A stretch of 63,792 nt of DNA, the filler included, from Octopus bimaculoides (lineage: Eukaryota): assembly GCF_001194135.2 (NCBI RefSeq). It is 6 parts of 5 records of this genome, joined end to end, with 100 filler letters (N's around TTAATTAATTAA, not from the genome) between each part and the next. Parts side by side here need not be neighbours in the genome. Positions count along the whole stretch, not along the records: positions 1 to 25,419 come from NC_068983.1; positions 25,520 to 35,328 come from NC_069000.1; positions 35,429 to 57,117 come from NC_068996.1; 3 more parts are not named here. One strand, written 5' to 3'. The position numbers were made by a program, and so were the translations under genes. Numbering within the stretch: position 1 is the stretch's first letter; every line of letters starts with the position of its first letter. Below, one piece after another: positions 24,831 through 37,886 of this stretch. The notes beneath the pieces were generated by a model. The model worked only from the letters and a program-made list of their open reading frames with translations. It was not told the DNA's origin and ran no database searches.

Positions 24831-25419
24831 TTTGTATATATATGTTGCATTCATGTTGAAACAGGTGATATAGGAAAGTGCAGCATTGACAACAAAATAT
24901 TTGTGGAGTAAATGTTAAAGCTTTGCATAAATGACAATTTGAGTTTAACACACCATTTAGGACAGAATTATCATTTTTATAAGAATGGGATGGATCATAT
25001 CTGAAAGCAGCTCCAGGTGTTGTGAAGAACGAATTTGTACATGACATGTTTTTGCAAGCTATTCTATAGGACATGTGTTAAATGGTGTGCTAAATGTTGC
25101 TTTAATAATTCAGCATTAAGTGCTGCAGCATGATTTTGCTGATCTTGAGAAAGTCTCATCTCCCTTCTGTCTTGGGACTCCATCAGACGTGCTGCAGCAT
25201 GCTTTTGCTGATGTTGAGAAAGTCTCCTCTCTCTTCTCTCTTGAGACTGTATTTGACGTGCTGCAACATACATTTGGTGATCTTTGGAAAGTGTCATGTC
25301 CCTTCTGTATTGAGTCTCCATCTGATATGCTGCAGCATGCCTTTGCTGATGTTGAGAAAGTCTCATGACCCTTATCTCTTGAGACTCTTGCCTTCGGTTT
25401 TCTGCACTCCTCCTTGTTT
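24830..25419 (-). mobile_element. Helitron RepHel N-terminal fragment (21-aa repeats plus Cys motif)
   Basis: 63-bp repeats encode RRE.RLSQ.QQ.HAAA units, followed by AAFRYDP...CHLCKAL...FCC, as in Helitron N-termini. Confidence 0.7.
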
Positions 25420-25519
25420 NNNNNNNNNNNNNNNNNNNNNNNNNNNNNNNNNNNNNNNNNNNNTTAATTAATTAANNNNNNNNNNNNNNNNNNNNNNNNN
25501 NNNNNNNNNNNNNNNNNNN

Positions 25520-25825
25520 AATGTGTCGGGCAACCAAGTTTGCACAAGACAATCCACAGTGCGTCCCTGTTTACCGTATCAAATGCCTCAGTTAGATCTA
25601 TAAAAACCTGGTATAGTGGCATTTGTTCCTCTAAACATTTCTCCTGAACCTGCCTTGCAGAAAATATCATATCCATCGTTCCCCGCTCGGGTCTGAAACC
25701 ACACTGTTCCTCAGGAATCACATGTGGACACACATTCTCCACGAGACGTTCTAACATGATCCTCGAAAGTATCTTCCCAGTATGTGCCAGGAGAGTTATT
25801 CCTCTGGAATTACCACACACTGATT
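25520..25825 (-). mobile_element. RTE-clade LINE RT fragment
   Basis: NSRGITLL, EEQCGFRPERGTMDMIFSARQVQEKCLE and FIDLTEAFDTVNR. Confidence 0.9.
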
Positions 25826-26296
25826 ATATATATATATATATACACCACAAAAAGATATATTGAATGCATATATCTGAGCATCCAGTTGTTCAATGAACTG
25901 TATGACCAACCTATTGAATTAGCATAAAAAGTGGCTGAGTATTCCACAAATGTCCTTAATGTAATTGTCAAGTAGAGTCAGTATAGCAATGGCAGAATGT
26001 GAGAAGGCCGATGTTTTGAATTACAAGTAAAGCCCATCCATTGTGTTTCTATAGGTTTTCCATCAACCAAATTTCACTCACAAGGCATAAATCAACTTAA
26101 TGCTATGTTAAAGACACTGGCTCAAAGTGTCGACCAGTGTAATTGAACTCAGGACATTAAGATTGTGAATGTAACTTCTTAACCATTCATCCATACAGAA
26201 CTGGTTCTCAGTTGGGGTCCATATGACCCTTAGGGATCCATATAAGATCTTTTGTTAAAATTTGTGCAATAAATTACTTACACTTCTACAACTTGT

Positions 26297-26670
26297 GGAG
26301 GCGCATTGGCCCAGTGGTTAGGGCAGCGGACTCGTGGTTAGAGGATCGCGGTTTCGATTCCCAGACCAGGTGTTGTGAGTGTTTATTGAGCGAAAACACC
26401 TAAAGCTCCGCGAGGCTCCAGCAGGGGATGGTGGCGAACCCTGCTGTACTCTTCCACCACAACTTTCTCTCATTCTTACTTCCTGTTTCTGTTGTGGGTC
26501 AGCCTTGTCACACTGTGTCACGCTGAATATCCCCGAGAACTACGTTAAGGGTACACGTGTCTGTGGAGTGCTCAGCCACTTGCACGTTAATTTCACGAGC
26601 AGGCTGTTCCGTTGATCGGATCAACTGGAACCCTCAACGTCGTAAGCGACGGAGTGCCAACAACAACAAC
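26297..26670 (+). mobile_element. tRNA-derived SINE family 3 with (CAA)n tail and 11-bp TSD
   Basis: A box TGGCCCAGTGG and B box GGTTTCGATTCC. TSD ACTTCTACAAC at 26282-26292 and 26669-26679. Second copy at 43637-44017 (-). Confidence 0.9.
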
Positions 26671-26734
26671 TTCTACAACACTCAATATATTTTAATTTTT
26701 TTATCCAATTCCTAATAATATTTAACTATAAAAA

Positions 26735-28170
26735 TACAGTGCTGGTGCCACGTAAAAAGCACTCATTCTCTGTCAAATGTGATGCTTTTTTTTTATTCAC
26801 AAACCGTTCTGCATCAAGCGCTTGGTTCGCCAAAGGATAGTATCTATGTCACTTTGTGGGACTCTCAAGACTGGTGAGAAGAAGAGCAAAGATATCCCCA
26901 CACCAGGGACATCCACGAGAAAGGTGGGCGATAAATTACAAAATTACTCACAAACAGAAATATGGTGGAGTCTTCTTCCTAACCAGCTCCTGTCAAACCA
27001 TCCAACCTCTGCCAGCATGGAAGGAGGACACTAAATGATGATCATGATGATGATGGCAGTACGATGTTTTTTATATACCTCAGAGTGGTTTGTGGGGGCC
27101 CAGAAGAGTAAAATAGAAATCAAAGGGGTCCATAGGCAGAAAATGGTTGAGAGCCACTGGTGTAGAAGGTATATACATATCCTATTTATGTTACTGACAG
27201 CAAAGTGCTTAATGCAATATGTAAATGTGTGTGTGTGTATACATTTATCTCATATACTCTACGCACACTCATGTTGAGTATAACATGTAGGAATTGTTGC
27301 ATAATGCAAATCAGCATCAAAATAACTATAAAAGTGTAAGGGTAAATCACCTCCAGTACCGCCTGCTGACCTTTGTGCCGGTGGCACGTAAAAGCACCCT
27401 CTACACTCTCTGAGTGGTTGGCATTAGGAAGGGCATCCAGCTGTAGAAACTCTGCCAAATCAGATTGGAGCCTGGTGTAGCCATCTGGTTTCACCAGTCC
27501 TCAGTCAAATCGTCCAACCCATGCTAGCATGGAAAGCAGACGTTAAACGACGATGATGATGATGATGAATATTTGGTTTAGTTATTGATTTGCAAATATG
27601 ACATTCTGTATGATGAATTCTATCCATGTGTACAGGCATAGATATTTACCTACATATATACATTGTGTGTGAGTGTGGCGGTGTACGCATTTTCTTGGTT
27701 ATATTAGTAAGAATGCCACTATTCAATAAAGTATTCAATCATGTAATAGAGTTTGCCTCTTTATTTGAATGTTAACTTATATACAATATATACAGAGGTC
27801 ATTACAAATATTGTGTGGTTGTTTATTGAAATCTGTGAAGCAATGCATAGTAAAGGTAAACCTAAAAAATAGTAAAGCAGAGATACATTATGAAAATATA
27901 GATAGTGAAATAAATGTGTGTGTGTGTGTGTATTTGTATGTATGTATGTATATCTATATATAATTTGACGCCAAAACTGACCTTGCCTATGCTGGTGCCA
28001 CATAAAAAGCACTCAGTCTACTCTGCAGGGAAGGGTATCCAGTCATTAAAAACCATGCCAAAATAGACACAGAAGTCTGGTGCAGTCTTCTGCCTGGCTA
28101 GCTCTTGTCAAACCGTCTGACCCATGCTAGCATGGAAGGCAGATGTTAAACAACAATGATGATGATGATA
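26735..28170 (+). mobile_element. Three RTE-type 3' UTR fragments with (GAT)n tails (about 26735-27060, 27350-27568 and 27965-28170)
   Basis: They share GGTG(C/G)CACRTAAAA..AGCAC and AGGAAGGGCATCCAG. The upstream part matches the RTE ORF2 end/UTR at 60905-61134. Another copy lies at 56640-56830 (-). Confidence 0.7.
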
Positions 28171-28594
28171 GTTACATAATTTTGTACTTAGAAACATGGA
28201 AGTTTAAAGATGAATCAGGATTCATTCCTCAAATTTCATTCATTGAAAGACAGTCATCATAATCATTGTCGTCATGGTCATTATCATCATCATTGTTACT
28301 AAGAATGCATATTGATACTCTTTAAAGAAACTTATATTACCGGATATATATATATATATATGTGTGTATGTATGACTTGCAAATTACTGTTTTCCTGCTT
28401 GTGCATTGCACGCGTCTTATTGAAAAGTAATTGTTAAATATTATTTTTCTGCCTGTCATCTTGCCTTTTGTGTTAAAATAATCTTTTTGTGTTAGGAAAA
28501 CTGGTGTCTGTTTACATGACTGGCTGAACTGGACGGGGCATGGATCTGTCATTATGGCAATCACTTTTCAGCTACAATGTTTTGGGTTCAATCC

Positions 28595-28945
28595 CACAGT
28601 GCGGGCCCTCTGTCCAACGTCCTACGATGCTGTCTGAAGGCATCAACTTGCCCCTCCAGGTGCAGAGATGCAAACCGACTGGTTTTTCCTGATTAATCTT
28701 TGCTCCTGCCACCATCTCATGAACATCAATAGCCTCTCCTACCCTCTGTAGGTGCTCCATATGGGTCACGATGATGGTGATGTCATCTGCATAAGCTAAA
28801 ACCAATTCTCCACAACCTGGCTCTCTCTCGGGATCCCACTCAACTTCTGCACTAACGGTTCAAGAGCCATCATGTACAAAAGTGGTGAGAGTGGACACCC
28901 TTGGCGAACTAAGCGCTTGATGCAGAACGGTTTGTGAATAAATAA
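28595..28945 (-). mobile_element. Tx1-like RT fragment
   Basis: RQGCPLSPLLY, LAYADDITIIV, GAKINQEK and WTEGP. Confidence 0.85.
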
Positions 28946-29436
28946 GCATTACATTTGACAGAGAAATTTGAATGCTAAAAGGACTAAGGAACTGAGCTAT
29001 GTTTGTGGACCAGTTTTCTACCTTAGCTCTTCACTTGACTGAACATAAACCACATTGATATCAACAGTTTGGAAAGGCCTTCCTGTACACACTTCTTGCT
29101 ATTCTGAAGTAATTTTTCATTTAAAACTTTCTGGAATTAATCAATAGAAATAGAAAGAAAGAAACACAAAGCATTTTCCAAAGTTGAAACATCTGCTGTT
29201 TTAATTACTGTTTCCTACTTCTCAGTTTCTTCAGATAAATCGATCTTGATTTAGAGTTTTGTTCACCTTTAACAACAGGAAATTTCAATCAAAGCACAGG
29301 CAAGAGACAGAGTGGGTCATGTACTTGGTTGCTTGATTTGCTGGAAATAGCAACCGTCTTCCCTTAAATCTCACCCAACAATCTTGAAAAAGGAAGGATA
29401 TATTGCATAATTTAGTTCTAAATATACAGAGAGATA

Positions 29437-29590
29437 GGTGCTGGCATGGCAGTATGGTAAAAAGTTTGCTTCTCAATCACATGATTTCAGGTTCAGTCCC
29501 ACTACGTTGCATCTTGAGAAAATAATTCTATTAGAGCCTCTGGCCAACCAAAGCCTTGTGAGTAGTAGACAGAAACTGACGGGGCCTGTT
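29437..29590 (+). mobile_element. SINE family 2 head, diverged
   Basis: A/B boxes and AAAGCCTTGTGAGT. A partial copy is at 29870-29945. Confidence 0.7.
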
Positions 29591-29602
29591 GTGTGTGTGT
29601 GT

Positions 29603-29649
<47 letters not shown>

Positions 29650-31044
29650 ACAGATTTATTAGTGAAAGATTATCAATCCAGGCAAAATACTTTTGTAAAC
29701 TTGTTAGTACATCAGGCTAACAATATTGTTTAAATTTATAAAGAACTTCAAGTGTTCTTGTGGTAGGGTTCAAGGTTCACCACCATTCTATATTGTAAAT
29801 TCATGACTGGGTTCCCAGTTATACAGTTTTTTCACACAGTGATATATACATAAGACAAGTCTTATGTATATATACTATAGCCTTGGGCCGACCAAAGCCT
29901 TGTGAGTGGATTTGGTAGACGGAAACTGAAAGAAGCCCGTCTTATATNNNNNNNNNNNNNNNNNNNNNNNNNNNNNNNNNNNNNNNNNNNNNNNNNNNNN
30001 NNNNNNNNNNNNNNNNNNNNNNNNNNNNNNNNNNNNNNNNNNNNNNNNNNNNNNNNNNNNNNNNNNNNNNNNNNNNNNNNNNNNNNNNNNNNNNNNNNNN
30101 NNNNNNNNNNNNNNNNNNNNNNNNNNNNNNNNNNNNNNNNNNNNNNNNNNNNNNNGTTGTAAACGAATGTCACTATCATTTAAGTGGTGCTTTTTGTTTC
30201 CTCTCCTGACAGAACTCGATCCTGACCGCTGGTCTTCTAGGATTCCTCTACTCAGCATCGATGTTAAAAAAAAAAACCTTTGGCTCAATTGAGCTTTTCT
30301 GGTACCTCTTCACAATCCACCGTGACTTTGACGTAACATTGGTGAAGTGGCTGAAAGGGTTATATGCCTTGCCAAAGTGCAACCCATAATCATGCAGGGT
30401 GCAGTTGTTGCTCCATGTGGAATTTTCAAAATACCCACACTCCCAATGGAAAAGTGGACATTAAATGATGATGATGATGATGATGATGATACCCTCAAAT
30501 CTTAACCTACCATCTCAAAAAAGGAAGGACACATTGTGTAATTTAGTTCTAGATATACAAAGACAGGATGGTTATAGCTGGAATGCTTTTAATTATAGGT
30601 GTCTTCATTTGGGGCCAACAAGCGAGCTAAGCAACAACACTAGCCTCAGTGAAGACTGTTGCACAAAGCGAGACATTTTTGAGATCTCCCTAACTACATA
30701 GACATAGCTAGCACATGATGTGTTGGCACTGTAGATTATTTAGTCTTAATAATATATACTAATCTGAGATGGATACAACATATAATCATAATTTTTCAAG
30801 ATGCCTTATATAATAATAAGGCTTAGATTTTGAAGGGTCATAGATGAATGAGTTGGTTGGGTTTGTACCCTGTCATCCTGCCACTAGTTATTCATGAAAG
30901 CCCATTAGATGTGTGTGTATGTATTTGTATGTGTGTATGTATATATATATATATGGGAGAATATACAAATAACAACAACAGACGAGGACAGGTGGTGTAA
31001 ATAACAAAAGTATATATTAGTATGACGCTCGGGAATACGGAAAG

Positions 31045-31081
31045 TCTTTGACGTTTCGAGCTACGCTCTTCAACAGAAAGA
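31045..31081 (-). ncRNA. Type I minimal hammerhead ribozyme motif with a non-canonical U at core position 6
   Basis: TCTTT-CTGTTGA-A-GAGC(GTA)GCTC-GAAAC-GTC-AAAGA: 5-bp stem I, 4-bp stem II, palindromic ACGT stem III and GUC triplet. Confidence 0.75.
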
Positions 31082-32199
31082 ATACGGAGACAAGGAGAAA
31101 AACACGGAGAAAAAAAATTGAATAGTGTTCAGTCAATGGTCAATCATAATAATATATATATATATATATACAAATTAAAAGGGTAAAGGTTTATCAATTT
31201 ATTAATTTATTAATAAATCAACAATTAATAATTTTTACCAAGCCCTTTGGTATGTAAGCACCATTATCGGTGGAGAACTTATTTAAAAGTTCATATACGT
31301 NNNNNNNNNNNNNNNNNNNNNNNNNNNNNNNNNNNNNNNNNNNNNNNNNNNNNNNNNNNNNNNNNNNNNNNNNNNNNNNNNNNNNNNNNNNNNNNNNNNN
31401 NNNNNNNNNNNNNNNNNNNNNNNNNNNNNNNNNNNNNNNNNNNNNNNNNNNNNNNNNNNNNNNNNNNNNNNNNNNNNNNNNNNNNNNNNNNNNNNNNNNN
31501 NNNNNNNNNNNNNNNNNNNNNNNNNNNNNNNNNNNNNNNNNNNNNNNNNNNNNNNNNNNNNNNNNNNNNNNNNNNNNNNNNNNNNNNNNNNNNNNNNNNN
31601 NNNNNNNNNNNNNNNNNNNNNNNNNNNNNNNNNNNNNNNNNNNNNNNNNNNNNNNNNNNNNNNNNNNNNNNNNNNNNNNNNNNNNNNNNNNNNNNNNNNN
31701 NNNNNNNNNNNNNNNNNNNNNNNNNNNNNNNNNNNNNNNNNNNNNNNNNNNNNNNNNNNNNNNNNNNNNNNNNNNNNNNNNNNNNNNNNNNNNNNNNNNN
31801 NNNNNNNNNNNNNNNNNNNNNNNNNNNNNNNNNNNNNNNNNNNNNNNNNNNNNNNNNNNNNNNNNNNNNNNNNNNNNNNNNNNNNNNNNNNNNNNNNNNN
31901 NNNNNNNNNNNNNNNNNNNNNNNNNNNNNNNNNNNNNNNNNNNNNNNNNNNNNNNNNNNNNNNNNNNNNNNNNNNNNNNNNNNNNNNNNNNNNNNNNNNN
32001 NNNNNNNNNNNNNNNNNNNNNNNNNNNNNNNNNNNNNNNNNNNNNNNNNNNNNNNNNNNNNNNNNNNNNNNNNNNNNNNNNNNNNNNNNNNNNNNNNNNN
32101 NNNNNNNNNNNNNNNNNNNNNNNNNNNNNNNNNNNNNNNNNNNNNNNNNNNNNNNNNNGGGGGGGGCAGACACACACACACACACACACACTCGCACTT

Positions 32200-32365
32200 A
32201 TATATACACGATGGGCTTATTTCAGTTTCTGCCTACCAAATCCACTCACGAGACTTTGGTCGGCCCAAGGCTATAGTAGAAGACACTTGCCCAAGGTGCG
32301 ATGCAGTAGGACTGAACCCAGAACCATGTGGTTGGTAAGCAAGCTACTTACCACACAGCCACTTT
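32200..32365 (-). mobile_element. SINE family 2 head
   Basis: Reverse complement of the 57554-57720 head (ACCTTGGGCAAGT core). Confidence 0.85.
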
Positions 32366-32372
32366 TGCACCT

Positions 32373-32409
<37 letters not shown>

Positions 32410-32638
32410 ATTAATGAGAGAGATGAAAGACATGAGAATTTTCCTTCTGAGGCTAAACTAGATGTTCAGTATCCCACCTATGAGGAATAGATGAGTTGAA
32501 ACAATTGTAGTGATCAATAAACATTCTCGTATCTTCTGTCTTTCACATTAATCAAATACCCAATGAACATGGAGAAAGTGAACGTGCTTTATCGGTAAAC
32601 TACTAGGTCCATACTGTACTATTTATTAACTAATAATA

Positions 32639-32682
<44 letters not shown>

Positions 32683-33329
32683 ATATGTGCATATGCTTGT
32701 ATTTGTCTCTCAGTGCTTGACAGCTAGTGTTGGTTTGTTTGTAAAGGGATAAGTACTGTAATCTAAAAGAAACACCTTCAGGTGGTGCTCCAGCATAACT
32801 GCAGTCAGTCCAATGACCAAAACAAAATAAAATGTGCGCATGTGCTCGCATGTAAGTATGTTAATTAGAGGAAAAGGGGACAGTGCCTACAAGCTTCACA
32901 GATACTCTTCTTTATCTCATGAATCAGATCTGTTTGATATAAGTTTGGTGAGTAGGAATAAGGCTGATGACTTCCCTGATTAGTTAAGATAATGTACTTA
33001 ATGTTAGTGGAAGAGAATAAATGGTCATAACCTTTGACCATTTTTTAGGTCTTTCGGTGACCAGGGATTGTTGTATGTTAGTCAGAGGAAGAGAGCCAAT
33101 GGCCATGATTTTTGACCTTTGTGGGTTCTCTCTGACTAGCAAGAGTGATGAAACTGGTGTTCAGTTTTTAGGTCAGTGTCTGTTGAAATAACATAGGCGA
33201 GGAGGGATTTCCAGTGTGTTGTAGTTCTGATGGGGGAAGAATAAAGTGAATTTTGTAGTGGAGTGACCAGATAATAAGTGACAGTAAAGGGGATAGGAAA
33301 AGAGGAGATGAGTAGAAAAGGTATGTATC

Positions 33330-33790
33330 TAGTTAAGCAGAGGATATTTTAGTAGCAATATATACAATAGAAATCATCTGTGAACCAGTGATTGGCAGCA
33401 TATTGATAATTGAACCTTTGCTAATCAGTTGAATTGCCTTCTTTTGGTTGGGTGCTTAGACTTAACACTCATTGACTCTGGTTAGACTATTTCAGAGTTG
33501 TAAACAGTCTGAACTATGAAACATAAAATGTGTTTTGTCAGCTCAGAGTGAACAGTTCAAGTTGTGCAGTGGGTTTGAGTTATGCCAGAAGAACTAACAG
33601 CAAGGATCTACTCTAACCCCACCATTCTACAATAGATTGAATTATGAGTGAATGCTTAGGCAACTGGGTTGTTTGTTCATTTATCCACTTCACTTGAAGG
33701 AGCAGTGCCTATATTCTTTGTGAGCCCTTCTAGTCTGATGAGACTGAATTAATGTTTCTCTTGACCTTTTTGCAAATCAACACCTACAAG
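33330..33790 (+). mobile_element. Degenerate CR1/Jockey-like LINE 3' end (related piece at about 55330-55900)
   Basis: At 55420 VEYYFHIWSG...ILNHI resembles the LEY.SHIW.G post-RT motif. 33330-33790 resembles the downstream ...LWN.LP... region. Confidence 0.45.
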
Positions 33791-36120
33791 AAAGACCTGA
33801 GTGGAGGAGGGAATTCCAGGGGTGGTGGCAATGTTCTGGAAAGGAATGACTGGATGTAGTGGTTCGTGTGATGCATTGTGGTGAAGTAGACACATTATGG
33901 ATAAAAAGATGATGAAAGATGAGAGGGTCAGGAATTTCTGAGTAGGGGCGACACAAACTCAGCCAGTTCATAAAGAGCAGAAATCAAGTTAGCAATATAG
34001 CCATTACCATAGTGTTCATATATTTCTTACATGTAAGCTTTGACCATCAAAAAAGATCAATTCTATGAAACCAGCTTAAAGAAACCATGTAACAGAATAC
34101 TTTAATTGGTCGTTGTTGTAGTTTAGTCCTAGATAAGCACTGATGAAGTAGACCACTGATCAGAGATGTTCTAGATGTGGCCATCCTATCTTTTTGCATA
34201 TCCAGGACAACATTGTCTAAGGTTTCCTCTCTTTTCTTTTCATGATGCTCCTGTGTGATATGAAGGAGATTTGGCTGCTGTTTCTAACCGGTTGAGCAAC
34301 CACATATAAGCTCTCTTGTTGGCTTCACACTTACGATATTTGATGAGTTGGTTGTTAAGGTGTTACAATGAGTATATTAAGGTCATTGCTCTTATATCAT
34401 ATTAAGTTTATATCAGACAACCAATAAGTCACCTGTGAAGCAGCTAAGTGTCTTTTATCCAAGGTAGAGAAGCAAACAAATGTATCGTGACAAAAACTAT
34501 CACAGAATCAGTTCCTAGAGAGGAGGAGTATGTCACTTTGACATAGAGTGGTAGCAGATGTATTCAGATTAATTTTCAGTGTTAGTCAAAGTCAAAGGGA
34601 ACGATGCTCGTGGACTTTCTATTTATATCAGAATTGGTCAACAAGAGAATCGTTGTTTGCAAATTGCCAAACATACCATTACTGATTCACTCCGTCTCTG
34701 ATAGTAAGAATGCACAAGGGTGCACCTGTAACTCAGTGGATTTCATTTTCTTTTTCTTTTTTTTTTTATATCTATATCCTTCTCAGATATATATCTGTGT
34801 ATGTATGGATAAGGGGCATATGCATATATATATATCTTAATATATAAAGCTGAAGTTGTGTGTCTGTGTGAAGCCTTTTTAAAAGTTTATAGAAATCCAC
34901 ATTTTCCACTTTTTTGTAAAAATTTTTACATCAATGGAATTTTCTCCATTTACTTTGTGTGATTTAAGAGAGATTTGGCTGTTGTTTCTAGCAACTTTTA
35001 TATTTCTTCCCTTCTACCTGGAACAGCGTTCTTACACACGCGCTCAACAGAGAGAGAAAGTGATACATACAACGTCATAGATTAAACTTTCTTCTCAGTA
35101 TTCTTTACCTATTTTTCATAACATTAATACGTAAAAACACACAACCACACATACGTAATCTGTGACAACAACATACACATTGCTCCCGTTCTCTATCTCC
35201 CCCTCTTCCTCTCTTCCTCTCTCACTCTCTCAAACGCATACACGTGCAAGTAAACACAATCATTCACGTTCGTTAATGTGGCATAACTACAGAGTTGTAC
35301 CCACTGACTTTGGAAGGTCATAACTTTCNNNNNNNNNNNNNNNNNNNNNNNNNNNNNNNNNNNNNNNNNNNNTTAATTAATTAANNNNNNNNNNNNNNNN
35401 NNNNNNNNNNNNNNNNNNNNNNNNNNNNTATATATATATATATATATATATATCCATGTATATATATATGCATACATATCTTTATATATGTGTGTTCATG
35501 TATATGTTTGCAAACATGTATGCATATATGTATATATGTGTAAAGAATGTCAAAGTATCAAAAGTCCTTTCTGAGCCATAGTCTAAAAAGACCAGTTTCA
35601 TGGGTTCTGTAGCAAATACATTCCCCAGAAACCCACAGGATTATTCATTCTTGAACAAAACTAAAGCATCCACCCAACTCTGTATTGATTCCGCTTGTTC
35701 ACCCCCACCCCCATTCTACAGAATGCATTGAGTGCATTTTATTGAGGCACCAACTCAGGAGTATTTGTTGACACCTTGACACAACAAAAGTACAATCTCA
35801 TCCTTATGTTATGTTCTTCCAACCAATTTACAGAGTATACTTACTGTCTGTCTATCTGCCTGTCTCTTTCTGTCTATCTACCAATCCATTCATCTTTCCA
35901 TCCATCAGCATGTGTGTGTGTGTGTGAAAGTTGTTGTATGTGTGCGTATGTGTGTGTGTGTGTGAAAGTTGTTGTATGTGTGCGTGTGTGTTTGTGTATG
36001 TATGTGTGTAAGTGAGAGTGCATATGTTGGTCTGTTTGTGTATGTGTGTGTGTGAATGTTGTATGTGTGTGCATGTGTGTGAGTGACTGTGTATGCCAGT
36101 CTGTTTGTATGTGTACATGT

Positions 36121-36336
36121 ATGTGTGTGTGTCTTTCTGTATGTGTGTGTGTCTTTCTGTATGTGTGTGTGTCTTTCTGTATGTGTGTGTGTCTTTCTGT
36201 ATGTGTGTGTGTCTTTCTGTATGTGTGTGTGTCTTTCTGTATGTGTGTGTGTCTTTCTGTATGTGTGTGTGTCTTTCTGTATGTGTGTGTGTCTTTCTGT
36301 ATGTGTGTGTGTCTTTCTGTATGTGTGTGTGTCTTT
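36121..36336. repeat. 20-bp minisatellite (ATGTGTGTGTGTCTTTCTGT), about 11 units, within a TG-rich tract
   Basis: Perfect tandem units by direct reading. Confidence 0.95.
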
Positions 36337-36399
36337 GTGGACACGCGTGTGTTTGTGGACACGTGTGTATCTGCATGTGTGTGCATGTATACACAGATG

Positions 36400-36540
36400 T
36401 ATGTGTGATTAAGAGGCTTACTTACCAAGAGTATTGTTCTGGGTTCAGTTCCACTGTGTGGCAACTTGAGCAAGTGTCAGGCCAACCGAAAACTGGATGG
36501 ATTTATATGGATTTATTAGACAAAAACTGAAAGAAGCCCA
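36400..36540 (+). mobile_element. SINE family 2 head, diverged
   Basis: GGGTTCAGTTCCACTG, TTGAGCAAGTG and AAACTGAAAGAAGCCC. Confidence 0.65.
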
Positions 36541-36859
36541 TAGTATTCATACATACAAACATACATACAGTGTACCCAATGCAGACCATGAACACAAAAA
36601 TGTTGTAGTGGTATTTTTGGCATGATAACAGAAAAAGCAGATTTTATATGTGGTAGATGAGCAGGAGCAATAAAATCTAAAAGCACATGGGAAATAGATG
36701 TTTTCATATACACAGGAGGATCCCTAGAAGTTCAAGGCATAATTTCTGTTATCTAGGTGACCTACTTAGCAATGGTGAAGAATAAGAAATAGTTGAAGTA
36801 AGTTTATATTACCTCTATTGGCAACAAAATGTTTCTCTTTCAGACTGAGAAACAGACTG

Positions 36860-37150
36860 CATGGTGCTTGTGCATAATCGCAATGATACATTGTAGTGAG
36901 ACTGATGTCCTGAATACAGAAGATCAGTGATGACTAAAAGACATAAAGCAAGCAGGCTCCAGTTGATGCACAGTGTCAGATGCATGGTGAACAGAACACA
37001 AATATGTTGAGAGAAAATTTGTTTATAAAAGTAATTAGATGTCGAGTGCAGGAGAGAGTGTGATGCATATCGATAAGGATAGCTGTGTAAAGAAAGGAAA
37101 CTCCAGGAAAATGTGGGATAAGATGGTAATGGCTAACCTCAGGTCATTGA
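36860..37150 (+). mobile_element. Degenerate RTE ORF2 3' end
   Basis: A VMHIDKDSCVKK-like segment matches the RTE GHVMRMD..S.VK motif. Confidence 0.45.
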
Positions 37151-37671
37151 CTAAGATGATTATCAACACTCAGTCCTTGAGAAGGTCCACCAACTTACAT
37201 TAATATGACAAAAAAACTCTCAAAGCATAATCAGCATAAAGACTGTATGCACACAATTAGGACCCTATTAAGTCTACATTTGCTACTTCTTCCACATTTA
37301 CTCCTCCAAAACAACCAGAGCCCCTTTCCCAAGACTCTTCATATCAATATCTATTTCACATTCTTAGCATTAACCACCCCTCTAACCTTATCACTACTGT
37401 ATTTCATCTCCTTTGGGCACTATTCCAGCCTCCTATCCAATCAGGTAAAATACAAAGTAGCCATAACCCTCCCCCCCCCCATCTATAATAGTAAACCTGT
37501 TCCTTCCATCATACTTTAATCTGTCAACACCTTGCTTAATTTTATGACATTACTGAATTTACAACGGACATGAACCATTGATTAAAGCATTTTGGGCAAT
37601 GTTGTCTACATAAAACATCTTCCATGATACTGAAAATTACTTGTGGAAATGGAATTATGTCAGAGCAGAGG

Positions 37672-37677
<6 letters not shown>

Positions 37678-37755
<78 letters not shown>

Positions 37756-37886
37756 AAGAAGAAGAAGAAGAAGAAGAAGAAGAAGAAGAAGAAGAAGAAG
37801 AAGAAGAAGAAGAAGAAGAAGAAGAAGAAGAAGAAGAAGAAGAAGAAGAAGAAGAAGAAGAAGAAGAAGAAGAAGAAGAAGAAGAA
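37678..37886. repeat. Compound microsatellite (AAT)n(AAG)n
   Basis: Direct reading. Confidence 0.97.

Noticed and set aside
25464-25475. TTAATTAATTAA repeated identically at 25464, 35373, 57162, 61179 and 62441
   Set aside because: It sits in the middle of N runs (44 N each side where counted, giving 100 bp) and has stops in all six frames, so it is an artificial gap spacer.
26297-26370. tRNA-like sequences with A and B boxes
   Set aside because: They continue into SINE bodies with tails and TSDs, so they are SINE heads and not tRNA genes.
31218-32490. Long ORFs of 300-400 aa in the track (also 1147-1776)
   Set aside because: Almost entirely X from N gaps.
34832-35328. TCTTAATATATAAA...GTGTGTCTGT resembling a non-autonomous Helitron 5' end
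   Set aside because: The 3' hairpin/CTRR end cannot be seen because the sequence runs into a gap.
35776-36530. His/Thr- and Cys/Val-rich ORFs and a regular 20-bp array
   Set aside because: Translations of TG-rich repeats. The units are contiguous with no spacers, so this is not CRISPR.
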